This document shows, piece after piece, positions 10,633-21,700 of a stretch of 33,722 nt of DNA (positions are counted from its first letter, which is position 1; every line of letters starts with the position of its first letter). The notes under the pieces were generated by a model. It did no database searches, was not told the DNA's origin, and saw nothing but the letters and a program-made list of their open reading frames with translations. Origin of the DNA: Macrostomum lignano (Eukaryota); contig NIVC01004838.1 in NCBI GenBank assembly GCA_002269645.1, positions 1 to 33,722 on the forward strand, read 5' to 3'. The translations under genes and the position numbers were made by a program.

Positions 10633-12004
10633 CTGGCGCCCCTGGTGCTGGCGCCCCTGGTGCTGGCGCCCCTGGTGCTGGCGCCCCTGGTGCTGGCGCC
10701 CCTGGTGCTGGCGCCCCTGGTGCTGGCGCCCCTGGTTCTGGCGCCCCTGGTGCTGGCGCCCCTGGTGCTGGCGCCCCTGGTGCTGGCGCCCCTGGTGCTG
10801 GCGCCCCTGGTGCTGGCGCCCCTGGTGCTGGCGCCCCTGGTGCTGGCGCCCCTGGTGCTGGCGCCCCTGGTGCTGGCGCCCCTGGTGCTGGCGCCCCTGG
10901 TGCTGGCGCCCCTGGTGCTGGCGCCCCTGGTGCTGGCGCCCCTGGTGCTGGCGCCCCTGGTGCTGGCGCCCCTGGTGCTGGCGCCCCTGGTGCTGGCGCC
11001 CCTGGTGCTGGCGCCCCTGGTGCTGGCGCCCCTGGTGCTGGCGCCCCTGGTGCTGGCGCCCCTGGTGCTGGCGCCCCTGGTGCTGGCGCCCCTGGTGCTG
11101 GCGCCCCTGGTGCTGGCGCCCCTGGTGCTGGCGCCCCTGGTGCTGGCGCCCCTGGTGCTGGCGCCCCTGGTGCTGGCGCCCCTGGTGCTGGCGCCCCTGG
11201 TGCTGGCGCCCCTGGTGCTGGCGCCCCTGGTGCTGGCGCCCCTGGTGCTGGCGCCCCTGGTGCTGGCGCCCCTGGTGCTGGCGCCCCTGGTGCTGGCGCC
11301 CCTGGTGCTGGCGCCCCTGGTGCTGGCGCCCCTGGTGCTGGCGCCCCTGGTGCTGGCGCCCCTGGTGCTGGCGCCCCTGGTGCTGGCGCCCCTGGTGCTG
11401 GCGCCCCTGGTGCTGGCGCCCCTGGTGCTGGCGCCCCTGGTGCTGGCGCCCCTGGTGCTGGCGCCCCTGGTGCTGGCGCCCCTGGTGCTGGCGCCCCTGG
11501 TGCTGGCGCCCCTGGTGCTGGCGCCCCTGGTGCTGGCGCCCCTGGTGCTGGCGCCCCTGGTGCTGGCGCCCCTGGTGCTGGCGCCCCTGGTGCTGGCGCC
11601 CCTGGTGCTGGCGCCCCTGGTGCTGGCGCCCCTGGTGCTGGCGCCCCTGGTGCTGGCGCCCCTGGTGCTAAAGCCCCTGGTGCTAAAGCCCCTGGTGCTA
11701 GCGCCCCTGGTGCTAAAGCCCCTGGTGCTAAAGCCCCTGGTGCTAAAGCCCCTGGTGCTGGCGCCCCTGGTGCTAAAGCCCCTGGTGCTGGCGCCCGTGG
11801 TGCTAAAGCCCCTGGTGCTGGCGCCCGTGGTGCTAAAGCCCCTGGTGCTAAAGCCCCTGGTGCTGGCGCCCCTGGTGCTAAAGCCCCTGGTGCTGGCGCC
11901 CGTGGTGCTAAAGCCCCTGGTGCTAAAGCCCCTGGTGCTAAAGCCCCTGGTGCTGGCGCCCGTGGTGCTAAAGCCCCTGGTGCTAAAGCCCCTGGGGCTG
12001 GCGC
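10633..12004. repeat. 15-bp GC-rich minisatellite (ggcgcccctggtgct)n, about 91 units
   Basis: Near-perfect array to about 11668, with one ttct variant near 10737. Variant units aaagcccctggtgct, agcgcccc... and ggcgcccgtggtgct cluster in the last ~335 bp. Confidence 0.99.
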
Positions 12005-12697
12005 AAAATACAATATTATATCAATTATGTATCTTTGAGACTTAAATCGCAAAATGAAATTTTTATTTAAAAAACATGAACGGTGTATCTTTTACTTAAA
12101 AACAGGCCTGCCATTTTTCCAGGAAATATGGTTTTTGGCGCAATTTAGCGGTTCTTGCTTTGTACAACAGCCGTGGGATTTTATTGCTCATTAGATGAAG
12201 AAGTGATGGCGGCTGTCAACCGATGAAACGTTTCGCCTCTGACTCTTCTTCTCATTCCACCCCTCCCTATTAGGCTTACTTTTCTCTAGGTAGCTACCTT
12301 CCTCTTTACTATTTAGCTACTTCAGTTGTTAGCCTTAGAGAGAAGAACTCTTACCCATGTCTGCCAATGGACTTAAATTGTCTTTGAGGCAATTTTTACA
12401 CAGTTGCACAGTATTGTAGAACACAAACACCCTTCTGGCAGCCCAGAGTATTCCCGCGGTAGCTTCTTCTATTCAAGAACTGATGCTTGAGTTAACTTGG
12501 AATCGACTCTTTTAGCATTAGAAAAAATACGCTTTTGCAGCTGTCATTTTTCAACATCCTGCTGTTAAAATAGAAAAAAGCGATGCGTTCCATCCTTAAG
12601 ACTTAGCCAGGTTCTTAACTATAAAACCCGACGCTTATTAGAGAACCAACGCGCAACATCTTAACTGAGAATTACAAATTTCACACTGAAGACACCA

Positions 12698-12785
12698 ATG
12701 CTGAGACTCCTTATTAGAATAATCATCACCTGCTGCAGCTCTGCAGGGGCAGCAGTTTGGGCCGCAGATGCTGAAGTGCAGATTG
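12698..12785 (+). CDS. Mosaic gene exon 1: signal peptide
   Basis: [29 protein letters not shown], then donor g|gtaaga (phase 1). Confidence 0.75.
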
Positions 12786-15700
12786 GTAAGAGCCGTGGAC
12801 AACTATTTTAGTTGGCCATGCTTTTATTTCGTCATATGTAGATAAGAAACGATTTTTTGCTCCGCTGGTTGCGAAACAATGTCCCCAAAATTCGTTCCCT
12901 GCATCGGCAGGTGCCCCCCAGCTCGACCAGCTCAGCCGGTCTCCGATGGGCCTCGGCCGCTACTTCCCCGTCTCCTGGGTCGTCCTCGGCAGCAGCGACA
13001 CTGATCAGGGCCTGATGTCGCTCAGCTTCCGAGCCGAGCCAGGCGGACCCACAGCTCAGGGTGCCCACCTGAACGGCGATAAATGGGTCCGGATCTACTT
13101 TCCTCTGAACTTCACGGTCACTGGCTTTCTGGTGTTTGGCAACAGCACCAGAGTGGAGAACCCGGGCCGGGTGACCCGTTTCTACGCTGGCCACTCGCCC
13201 AGGAAATCGCTGATGACCTCTTCGCCCGTGTACTCGGCTGACACCTTCAATAACAAGGTGACTCAGGCAGATTGCTCAAACCCAAAAAGCCTAATTCTAA
13301 GTGTCGGGACATGCAACTCACCTGTTACTACAGGACCCTTAAACGATTAATGAGCTGAAAATGGGACCTCTTAAGTTTAGGGCTCTAGACTACATGGAAT
13401 TAAAATTCACAGAGAGTTTTCTTGCTTGTCTTTTATCGGTATCAGAAAACAGTCTGAGGTTGGCATGCAGTCTTAGCCTAACATCCAATCCTCTGTATTT
13501 TGACCATTGTTGGTTTGTAAGTGCCTTAGCACTTTCATGGTGTCTGCTAACACTATTGCAACTATAGTTTAGTTGATAGTGTTAGCGGTGATATAGGCGT
13601 TTTTAAGATGCCTCGGCGGTTCTAAAATATTTCGAGGGTTCTAGCATGTCTCGAGGATGTCTCAGCGGTTCTAGAATGTCTGAAGCGGATATCCCCTTAC
13701 GAGCACATTAAAATCGACTCTGTAAAGCCTATTAGGCAGATTAAGCGAGTAGAATGCTTTCAGGCTTTGTAAAATTCTCCTGGGATGATTTCACTCGAAA
13801 TCCACCTCCGAGAAAGCCACCTCGAAAGTTGGCGTTAGCTTGTTTAATGCGTCAATCATTATCGATCATTCAGAATACTTAAGTACTTCGTAACTCTTTA
13901 TAGAATAATTTTTTTTAAATGAAACCATAAACGCAAGCTTGCAAATAAAGAACTGCCGTTTGAGATGACAGCCTGGATGACAAACAGCATTGAAGAGCAC
14001 TTCTGGAGCAATTCGACGTTAATACAACAATTACAAAGATGTTTTTCAATGAATTGGAGTAGTGGGGAAAAGCATGTGCTTCAGTTAAGTTATATGAGTG
14101 ATGGATGGCTGGATTATCAAATTGATGGATAGTTTTACCAATACATTATTAGCGTTTAACAAGCTTCCCAAACAAATAAAGTTTTGTTTACCAGTTGCTA
14201 AGGAAAATATTTTACGCTCTTCTAATCCGGACAGAGACTGCGGAATATGGGCTAAAGGGGAAGCCTGCCCCATCCCTTCTAATGAAGGTTAAAGTGGTCA
14301 AAGACCCCAAGCAAGAATAAAACCCCTCATGTAACGCTTAAATCTCACCTGAGTTGCGATTAATTTATCCATGAGTTCGTATTTACTGACTAGGAACTTG
14401 GACTTTTGACCCTTAGTCAAAATGACAATTATTTAGGAGTCTGTCCTATAGCAAATTAATGTTATTAGAACTCATAATACATACTTTTATATTACTATAC
14501 TAGGACTAAAGCGTTAGAAACAATAATTGATATATTTCTTGACATCGCATCCCTCAGATCCTGTACTACGTATCGTGCCCAGATGCCAAGAATTATCCGT
14601 GTCTCGTGCCGCTCAATGGCCCGATTGAAACTCAATTGGTTTATTTTGAGCCAAGAGGCTGGTCAAGTCGGTGCCTTCTTCAGCTTGACGTGGCCGGCTA
14701 TCCTAGTCCAAACGGTACGTCTGAATTTCTATTCTATTCTATTCCATTCTATTCTATTCTATTCCATTTTATTCTATTCTATTCTATTCTATTCTATTCT
14801 ATTCTATTCTATTCTATTCCATTCTATTCTATTCTATTCTATTATATTCTATTCTATTCTATTCTATTCTATTCTATTCTATTCTATTCTATTCTATTCT
14901 ATTCTATTCTATTCTATTCTATTCTATTCTATTCTATTCTATTCTATTCTATTCTATTCTATTCTATTCTATTCTATTCTATTCTATTCTATTCTATTCT
15001 ATTCTATTCTATTCTATTCTATTCTATTCTATTCTATTCTATTCTATTCTATTCTATTCTATTCTATTCTATTCTATTCTATTCTATTATATTCTATTCT
15101 ATTCTATTCTATTCTATTCTATTCTATTCTATTCTATTCTATTCTATTCTATTCTATTCTATTCTATTCTATTATATTCTATTCTATTATATTCTATTCT
15201 ATTCTATTCTATTATATTCTTTTCTAATATTCATTGCCTTTTTCCACTGAAGACATGCCTTTGACATACAGTACAAATGCAGCTTGAATTTTAAAATTAC
15301 ACAGAATTTAGCATCCCATTGTGAATGACTACTATTATGAGCGTAGTAGCATGCTAAGATTACATAAGTAGAGGGCTTAGTGGTAAACCTGCCTGATTTT
15401 TGCTCTACGACTCCTGGTTCGATTCCACGAAAAATTGGTCCAGGCGTTGTCGTGTGATTCACTTTCCATTAGGGCCAGCCCTTAAGGCACAGAGAGTGCA
15501 CATGCCTGACGATTAGAAATTAAAAGGGCCGTGCTGTACACCCCGTGTGAGCGTGTGTATGACGCACTTGCGTGTGCTCAGAAGTCGGCGGAATGAGCAG
15601 AATTGTCTCAGCGCCGGCTGTGGGACGCTGTCGCCGAGAGGGCGTTGCGCCAGAGGTGCCGGCAGCAGCCCTCCTGCAAATATTTAGTTACTTCAAGAGT

Positions 15701-18700
15701 AAAACTATTGCTTGAATAATTTCAAATCGTGCATATTCATTTTATTATTCATGAAAAACTTCGATATTGTTCCATAAAGTGAATAACGTGCACTGTCCCT
15801 CAGCTTGTCCGCTGATCGACAGCTCGGACTACTCGATAACAGCGCCCCTGAGTAGCGGCTCGGAGATTCTGGTGCAGCTGAACTTTACTCGACTCCACTA
15901 TGTAACCGCTTTCACAATGGGCAGCCTGCCAGCAAACAGCAGATTTTGGCTGTCCTACCAGCTGGTTGCTGGCGAAGACTTTGTTAATCTGACGCACGCC
16001 TGGAATGACAGCTTATGGACGGTGAGCTGAAGTTTATGGAAGCTGTCAACTTTTAAAAGCTTTCATAGCCGGCAAAGTAATACTCGTAACGCCATGCGCA
16101 AAAGGAGGGGCATAAGTTGGAGTTCTGTTCAATCAGGGTCTACGACAGTTATCTGCCGCAATTTGACAGCAGACCCTATCCATAACCTAAAGACCTAACC
16201 TAAACCCTACCTAACCCTAATCGTCGGAAGTCCGAAGGCCGACCACCAAGACACAGAGATTTTACATGCCTGACGGTTAGAAAGTCAATACACAACTGTA
16301 CATCTAGAATCTGCGCGCTTTTCTGTTAGCAGAATACGCTCGCAGGCAGAATCGACTTAGTTGTGAGACCGTGTGCCATGCTGTGGTGGCCCAAATCTCT
16401 TGCAGACATTAATTTTATATTATAAACAAGGCATTTTTCAAAAATCATAGAGGTCTACTAAAAATGATAAACATATTTATGGATCTTCTTCGGACTAAAA
16501 TTGATTCAATTACAAGACTCCGGGCATACGACAATCGTTTAGTTGAATCCCTCCTGTCCAGTTCCCAGTCACCTACACTAACGAGACCTTCATTATGCCG
16601 TTTTTCCTGACGCCGCTGAGTATAAAGTTTCACTTCGTCGATGCATCAGAAGAAATAACCGTTGACTCCGTGAAAGGCTGCAAAGTTAATGGTTAGTTCT
16701 GTTTTTTATGTTTTCTTCCAGCTAAAGATTCTGATGTTACTGTTCGTGGTTACTTGAAAAGTCATACTCATTTTGCTAGTCTGTCCTGACGGCTGGATCG
16801 CATCGATGCACAGCTGCTGGTACCCGGTGGAAAACCGAGTCACCTGGACCGCTGCCAACCAGTTCTGCTCCGAGCACACCTGGGGCGGCGTCAGGGGCCG
16901 CCTGTTGGACGCCAAGACTGCCGTGGAACGCAGCTTCATCACACCACCGTAATTTAAATAGTTTAATACCTTCTGCTTACTACTTCAGTATGCTTACAAC
17001 ACTCCGTGGGTGCTGTAACCCGAATCTACATGTACTTAAAGCTATAATGGACCAGAGGGTCAACGAAGCAAAACCTCGAAAGCTTGGTTCAGTAGCAGTC
17101 TAGTTATTCTGGTATGTACTAGATTTTTAGAAGGATGTTTTAGAAAGTTCAATATTAATACTAATAACTGATTACACCTGCCTTAATGGGCAGATGTGCA
17201 ACCGACAGCTCAGCCGCAGCTATTGCGCGGCAAATCTGAAGACTACATACTGCATACAAGGACTGGGGGGTCGCCACACACACCCTCAATTACCCCAGCT
17301 AATGCTGGCACCCATTTTACAGCTGGGTGGACTGAAGCAATGCAGAGTTAAGTGTCTTGCTCAAGGACACAAATTGTTCCAGTGGGATTCGGGAATCGAA
17401 CCACCGACCTTCAAGTAGTGAGTCCGACGCTCTAACCACGAGGCTACATCCCCTTTTCAGGAAGTCCAAGGAAAAGTCTATAATCGAATTGAGAGTTAAA
17501 GTAGCAATCAATATGGATTTGAGTATTAATAGATATGATGGATGATATCTGTGGTTCCCCAATCCTCTTGGACAAAGGGACTAAGTTATTTTTCGATAGA
17601 AGTGCCAAAATCTTGTGTTTGTGTCGCCATTAAGAGAAAGAAAAAATAGCAAGGGTACACCGGAAAGTTATTTGCTTTAAAGTAAGTGATTCCGTTCTTC
17701 CTTATTTTTCTTTTGAACCAAGTCGCTCTATTTTGAAACTACATGTAAAAGTAGAAATCGTAAAAATTATGACAGGTACTCAGGGAGTGAGAGAAGTTAC
17801 TTCAGTTATTTTCACACGGGTCTCAAGCGTAACGCCAGCAACAGCCAGTGGGTCTGGGGTGACGGCACCCAGCCTGAGGTTGGCGCCTTCTACATGGGCC
17901 GGCCCGCGCCCAACTGTGCCGCGCTGGACACTTTCACCGGAACCATGGTGGACGTCACCTGCGGCCTGCAGCTGAAATTCATCTGCCAGATCGACAAGTA
18001 CACACGTAAGTGCTCAAACTGATGGCATTTATTAATAATTTTGTTATTATTTTTTAATGTTTTTCTTTGCACATTTCAGCATCGAAAAGCGAGTGGCACA
18101 CCGTCCAACTGAGCTCTGGGGACAGCTGCAGCGTTGGGTTGGATGATGATATCAGCGATGTAGGCGGGCTGTTTCAGGCCATTCGTCTGCTGAATTTAGA
18201 TAGCCAAAGTAGTAAAATAGCTGCGTGTGCTTCCACTTGCACCTTTATTACAAGTTTACCGAGTGACTGCCATTCCGGGAGGTCGAATTACGTCACATAC
18301 CACCCACTGCAAGTGAAGCAAGGTGAGAGCTTATGTGCAACAATTTCATTAATTTGGTTATTGAGCTATTGCAATAGTGGCGCGAACTACTCGTAAATAG
18401 ATTTTTCATTTTCTCAACGTATGATACAGAAACATGTATCTTGCATTGAAACATAGATGGACTAAATAAACAAGTTCATGGACATCATTAATAGTGTATA
18501 TTATACTTTTATTTTTTGCGTTCAATGACAAAATTATTAATAAAATCAAAGTTGAAGTTAATTGGAATTTCGACTTTGCCATCGTCGCCATTTAGACTGT
18601 CTACAGCCTCTGCTGAACGGCATCACTGGCAAGCTTGATGTGGAAGTGTCGGCCTCCAGCAGCAACTACCGACGAAGTCCTGATGGTGCTTTGATTGGTG

Positions 18701-21700
18701 CGGCTCTGAAATATGAAGGTAGCTAATCTATATCTTTATGCGAAAAATTCATTGACTTTAGCTCCGACTTATTTCTAAGCCAATATGAATAACTGAACTG
18801 TACAGATCACTTAAAGTGCACGGTAGTTGGAGGAGATTCAAATTTCTACGACTATGGGATTACGATGACCGACTATGGACGAGCATGCGTGCCTTGGAAC
18901 GGACGGTACTCAAGATTCAATAGATCCTGCATCACTGGTGAGACTGGCCGGAGAGCTGACTTGCTTTGGCTTAATTTGGTTTAATTTTAGCAGTAAAGTG
19001 AGTCACCAAATATTGTGTCCTAATCTCATTATTCTACTTTCAGTTTCAACTGGAGGTTTAACAACGTGCCAAGTTACTAATTCAGGTGACACTCAAACCT
19101 GCCATAAGTCCAGGGACGACTTTTTGTGCTGTAAGATGACGTCATTCTAAGAGTTTTTTTAGCAATAAAATTGTCATTTATTACAGAAATTATTTCGCTT
19201 TTTAGCTCATTTTTACTACCCGCCATCGGGATCAAGTGCCGCAACGCAAGTGTTTTCCGTTACTTATCAAAAAACATTTTACTTCAACGATGTAATTATA
19301 TCCAATCCTAGCGAAAATATGGAGTACGTTTATTTGCACACTAACGGTATATCTTCTGCAACGCCAAGGCACTATTGGCGACTTCTCGTTGATTTAAAAT
19401 CCAGCCACTGCATTGGATACATTTACGCGGACCTTTCACTAAGTGAGTTTTCCATGGTTATGTTTTTTTTAGGGAATAATATGTTAGCCAGCCATGGTGG
19501 CGCCAAAATAAGGGAGTCAAGCCTATTGAGGGTCGCGGGTCACTTCTCTCCACCCCCCTCCTGGCAACGCCATTGGCGTCACTCTTCGAAAATATATTCA
19601 GAAAATTTTTGTTTTGTTTTTTTGTGTACATACATGTAGTTCACATCAAGAGAATTTATTCGAGTTTCCTATATATATATATATATAGGATTTGTCCTAT
19701 GTAGTCTATATAGTCCTATATATATATAAGGACGCAAAGATTATGGTAGGCGTCTTGCGCGCACGTACTCGCAGAAGAGACAAGAAGGACAGTTTGTGAC
19801 AGATTGCGGGGTCAGTTTAATGGCTTGTAGGTCAGACTCTAGCGTGGCGGTCAGCGTGGCGGTCCGGCCTTGGCCCCGTCGGAGACGCTCGGTTGGCTGA
19901 TGCAGCAGGGTGAGCGCCAGCGGGTTTTGCTCCCCTCTGCCGCAGCTGCGGAGGCAGTGGCCGACGAGCATTAGCCGGGGCTGGAGGGTGGCACTGAGCT
20001 GAGGCACGCGGGCTCTCGCCATCAGCAGGTCCGTTGGCAGGCGCTCTGGGTAATGTATGCTAACGGCGAACCGCAGCAGCGATTAGTAGGCAGCGTCCAG
20101 GGCTCGAGACCTCGAGTCGGTCATTGGCACTGCCTCCAGTCCGTACAGGAAGATTGGCTCTACGGCAGCGCGGAACAGGCGCATCTTCAGGTTGAGCTGA
20201 AGGTCGTTGGCAGTTGAGCTGAAGACCTCCCTGAGGAGATGAGCCGCGCGCCAGGCGCGTGACCTCCGGTCAGCGATGATGGAGTCAGGGCTCATCACGA
20301 AGGAGCCCAGGTACCGGAAGTCTCTGCAGACTGAAATGACTTGCCCATCTGGAAGGGTCAGGATTGGTGCTGCATCGGTGCCCACGTGCTGCACCTCCGT
20401 CTTGCGTGCGTTGATTTGCAGTCCGACTCGGCCGCTCTCCTCATAGAGTCTCGAGAGCGCTCTCTGGGCGGCAGTCGGACTGCGGTACAGCAGGGCGATG
20501 TCGTCGGCGTACGCGAGGGCGGGCAAATGGGCAGCACCGCGGCGGGAGCTCTGGCGTGACACCAGCAGGTAACTGTCCTCCTCTGTGAGGCTTCGGCGCA
20601 GCACGTAGTCGACGACAAGGATGAAGAGCAGTGGGGCCAACATGTCACCTTGGAGGACTCCGGTGCTGGTGCAAAAGGCTTTGCTGTTGTTGTAGAGGTC
20701 CATCACTGCAGAGATAAGAGCCGGGTGGACGCCATAGTGCTCGAGCAGCCACGCGATCGCGCGCCGGCACACTGAGTCAAAAGCTTTGCGGAAGTCCACA
20801 AAGACAATTGACACAGCTGTTTGGTGAGTTTTACAGGCCTCGACGACTGCTCGAAGGGCTGCAATCTGCTCTGTTGTCAAGCGGCCGGGCCTGAAGCCAC
20901 TTTGGAGGCTCAGGAGCCATTTGCCATTTGGTTGAGGCCAGGCAGCAGCCGATTACGCAGTATAGCATTGAGCAGCTTGGCCAGAGTGCATTCCAGATCG
21001 ATGCGAGCGTGTTTCCTAGTTTAATATAAAATGTATTAATATAAATGAAATCTGAAAGAAGTTTATCGCTAGCTACTAGGTACATGGTTACATCGGTTTT
21101 GAAGTCGATCGATCCATTAACAGATATTTTAGTCAATGTGTAGCTAAATATAGGCTATATGTTTTACTGAAATTGCTTTCCTTTCCGCTATGTAGAAGTC
21201 TCCCTTATCTAAAAAGATAGGCTTTTGTCATTAGAATATAGATTAAATTTATCAGCTTTAATAAAAACTTCAATCTTCAGCGACCAACAATTTCTCTGTA
21301 AAAGTTGGAAACAATTGGAACTCCAGTCTGAAAGACCTGGCGTTTGAATCCTGGCCTGAGTGCTACAGATTCAACCTACCTATGAGTGCGCCCTCGTCAC
21401 TGCAGATGCGATGCCTTAGCCGTCTCTGCGGTCGATATATTGTCTTTTTGCAGGGCGTTTCAACGGGAAAAATGGGTATCCGAAACTTGAAAATTCAAGC
21501 TGAAGAAGGTGAGCAAAATCACAATAATTTTACTGTAATATAAATTTTGGTTCAGTATCGTATGCAAAACACATTCGAATAGAACGAATTGTTCATTTTT
21601 GTCTACATTTCATCGTTTATTCATTCACCATGCGTACTGCCTGGTCAAGGTGATTTCAAATAACAAATACCGTGTAGAATCATTGACGGCCAGGCTAGGG

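Noticed and set aside
10633-12004. CRISPR array or other prokaryotic system
   Set aside because: The repeats are contiguous with no unique spacers, there are no cas-like ORFs, and the window is eukaryotic with spliceosomal introns.
10590-12052. Long ORFs on both strands (GAPGA, VLAPL and APAPG repeats) as an elastin- or silk-like protein
   Set aside because: They arise because the stop-free 15-bp unit is a multiple of three. Several frames are open at once, there is no signal peptide, unique domain or splice context, and synonymous positions do not vary as they would in a coding repeat.
12190-12240. Penelope-type hammerhead ribozyme (tgaaga...gaaacg)
   Set aside because: The core reads ATGAAGA rather than CTGANGA, and no convincing stem II or flanking stems could be formed.
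14583-15250. FYSIL-repeat ORFs (214 aa)
   Set aside because: Translation of (ATTCT)n. Only 14558-14714 is a real exon, and it ends at a GT donor before the repeat.
15372-15428. tRNA-like A and B boxes (cttagtggtaa...ggttcgattcc); a weaker case at about 21360-21435
   Set aside because: No complete cloverleaf or acceptor stem; more likely degenerate SINE heads than tRNA genes.
16722-16748. Micro-exon between exons 5 and 6
   Set aside because: Possible AG at 16720-16721, but it would need introns of about 30 nt with weak donors. Omitting it gives exactly 299 nt, matching paralogous exon 24.
18906-18923. 18-nt micro-intron within the kringle-like exon
   Set aside because: Too short for splicing, and the frame reads through it cleanly ([12 protein letters not shown]).
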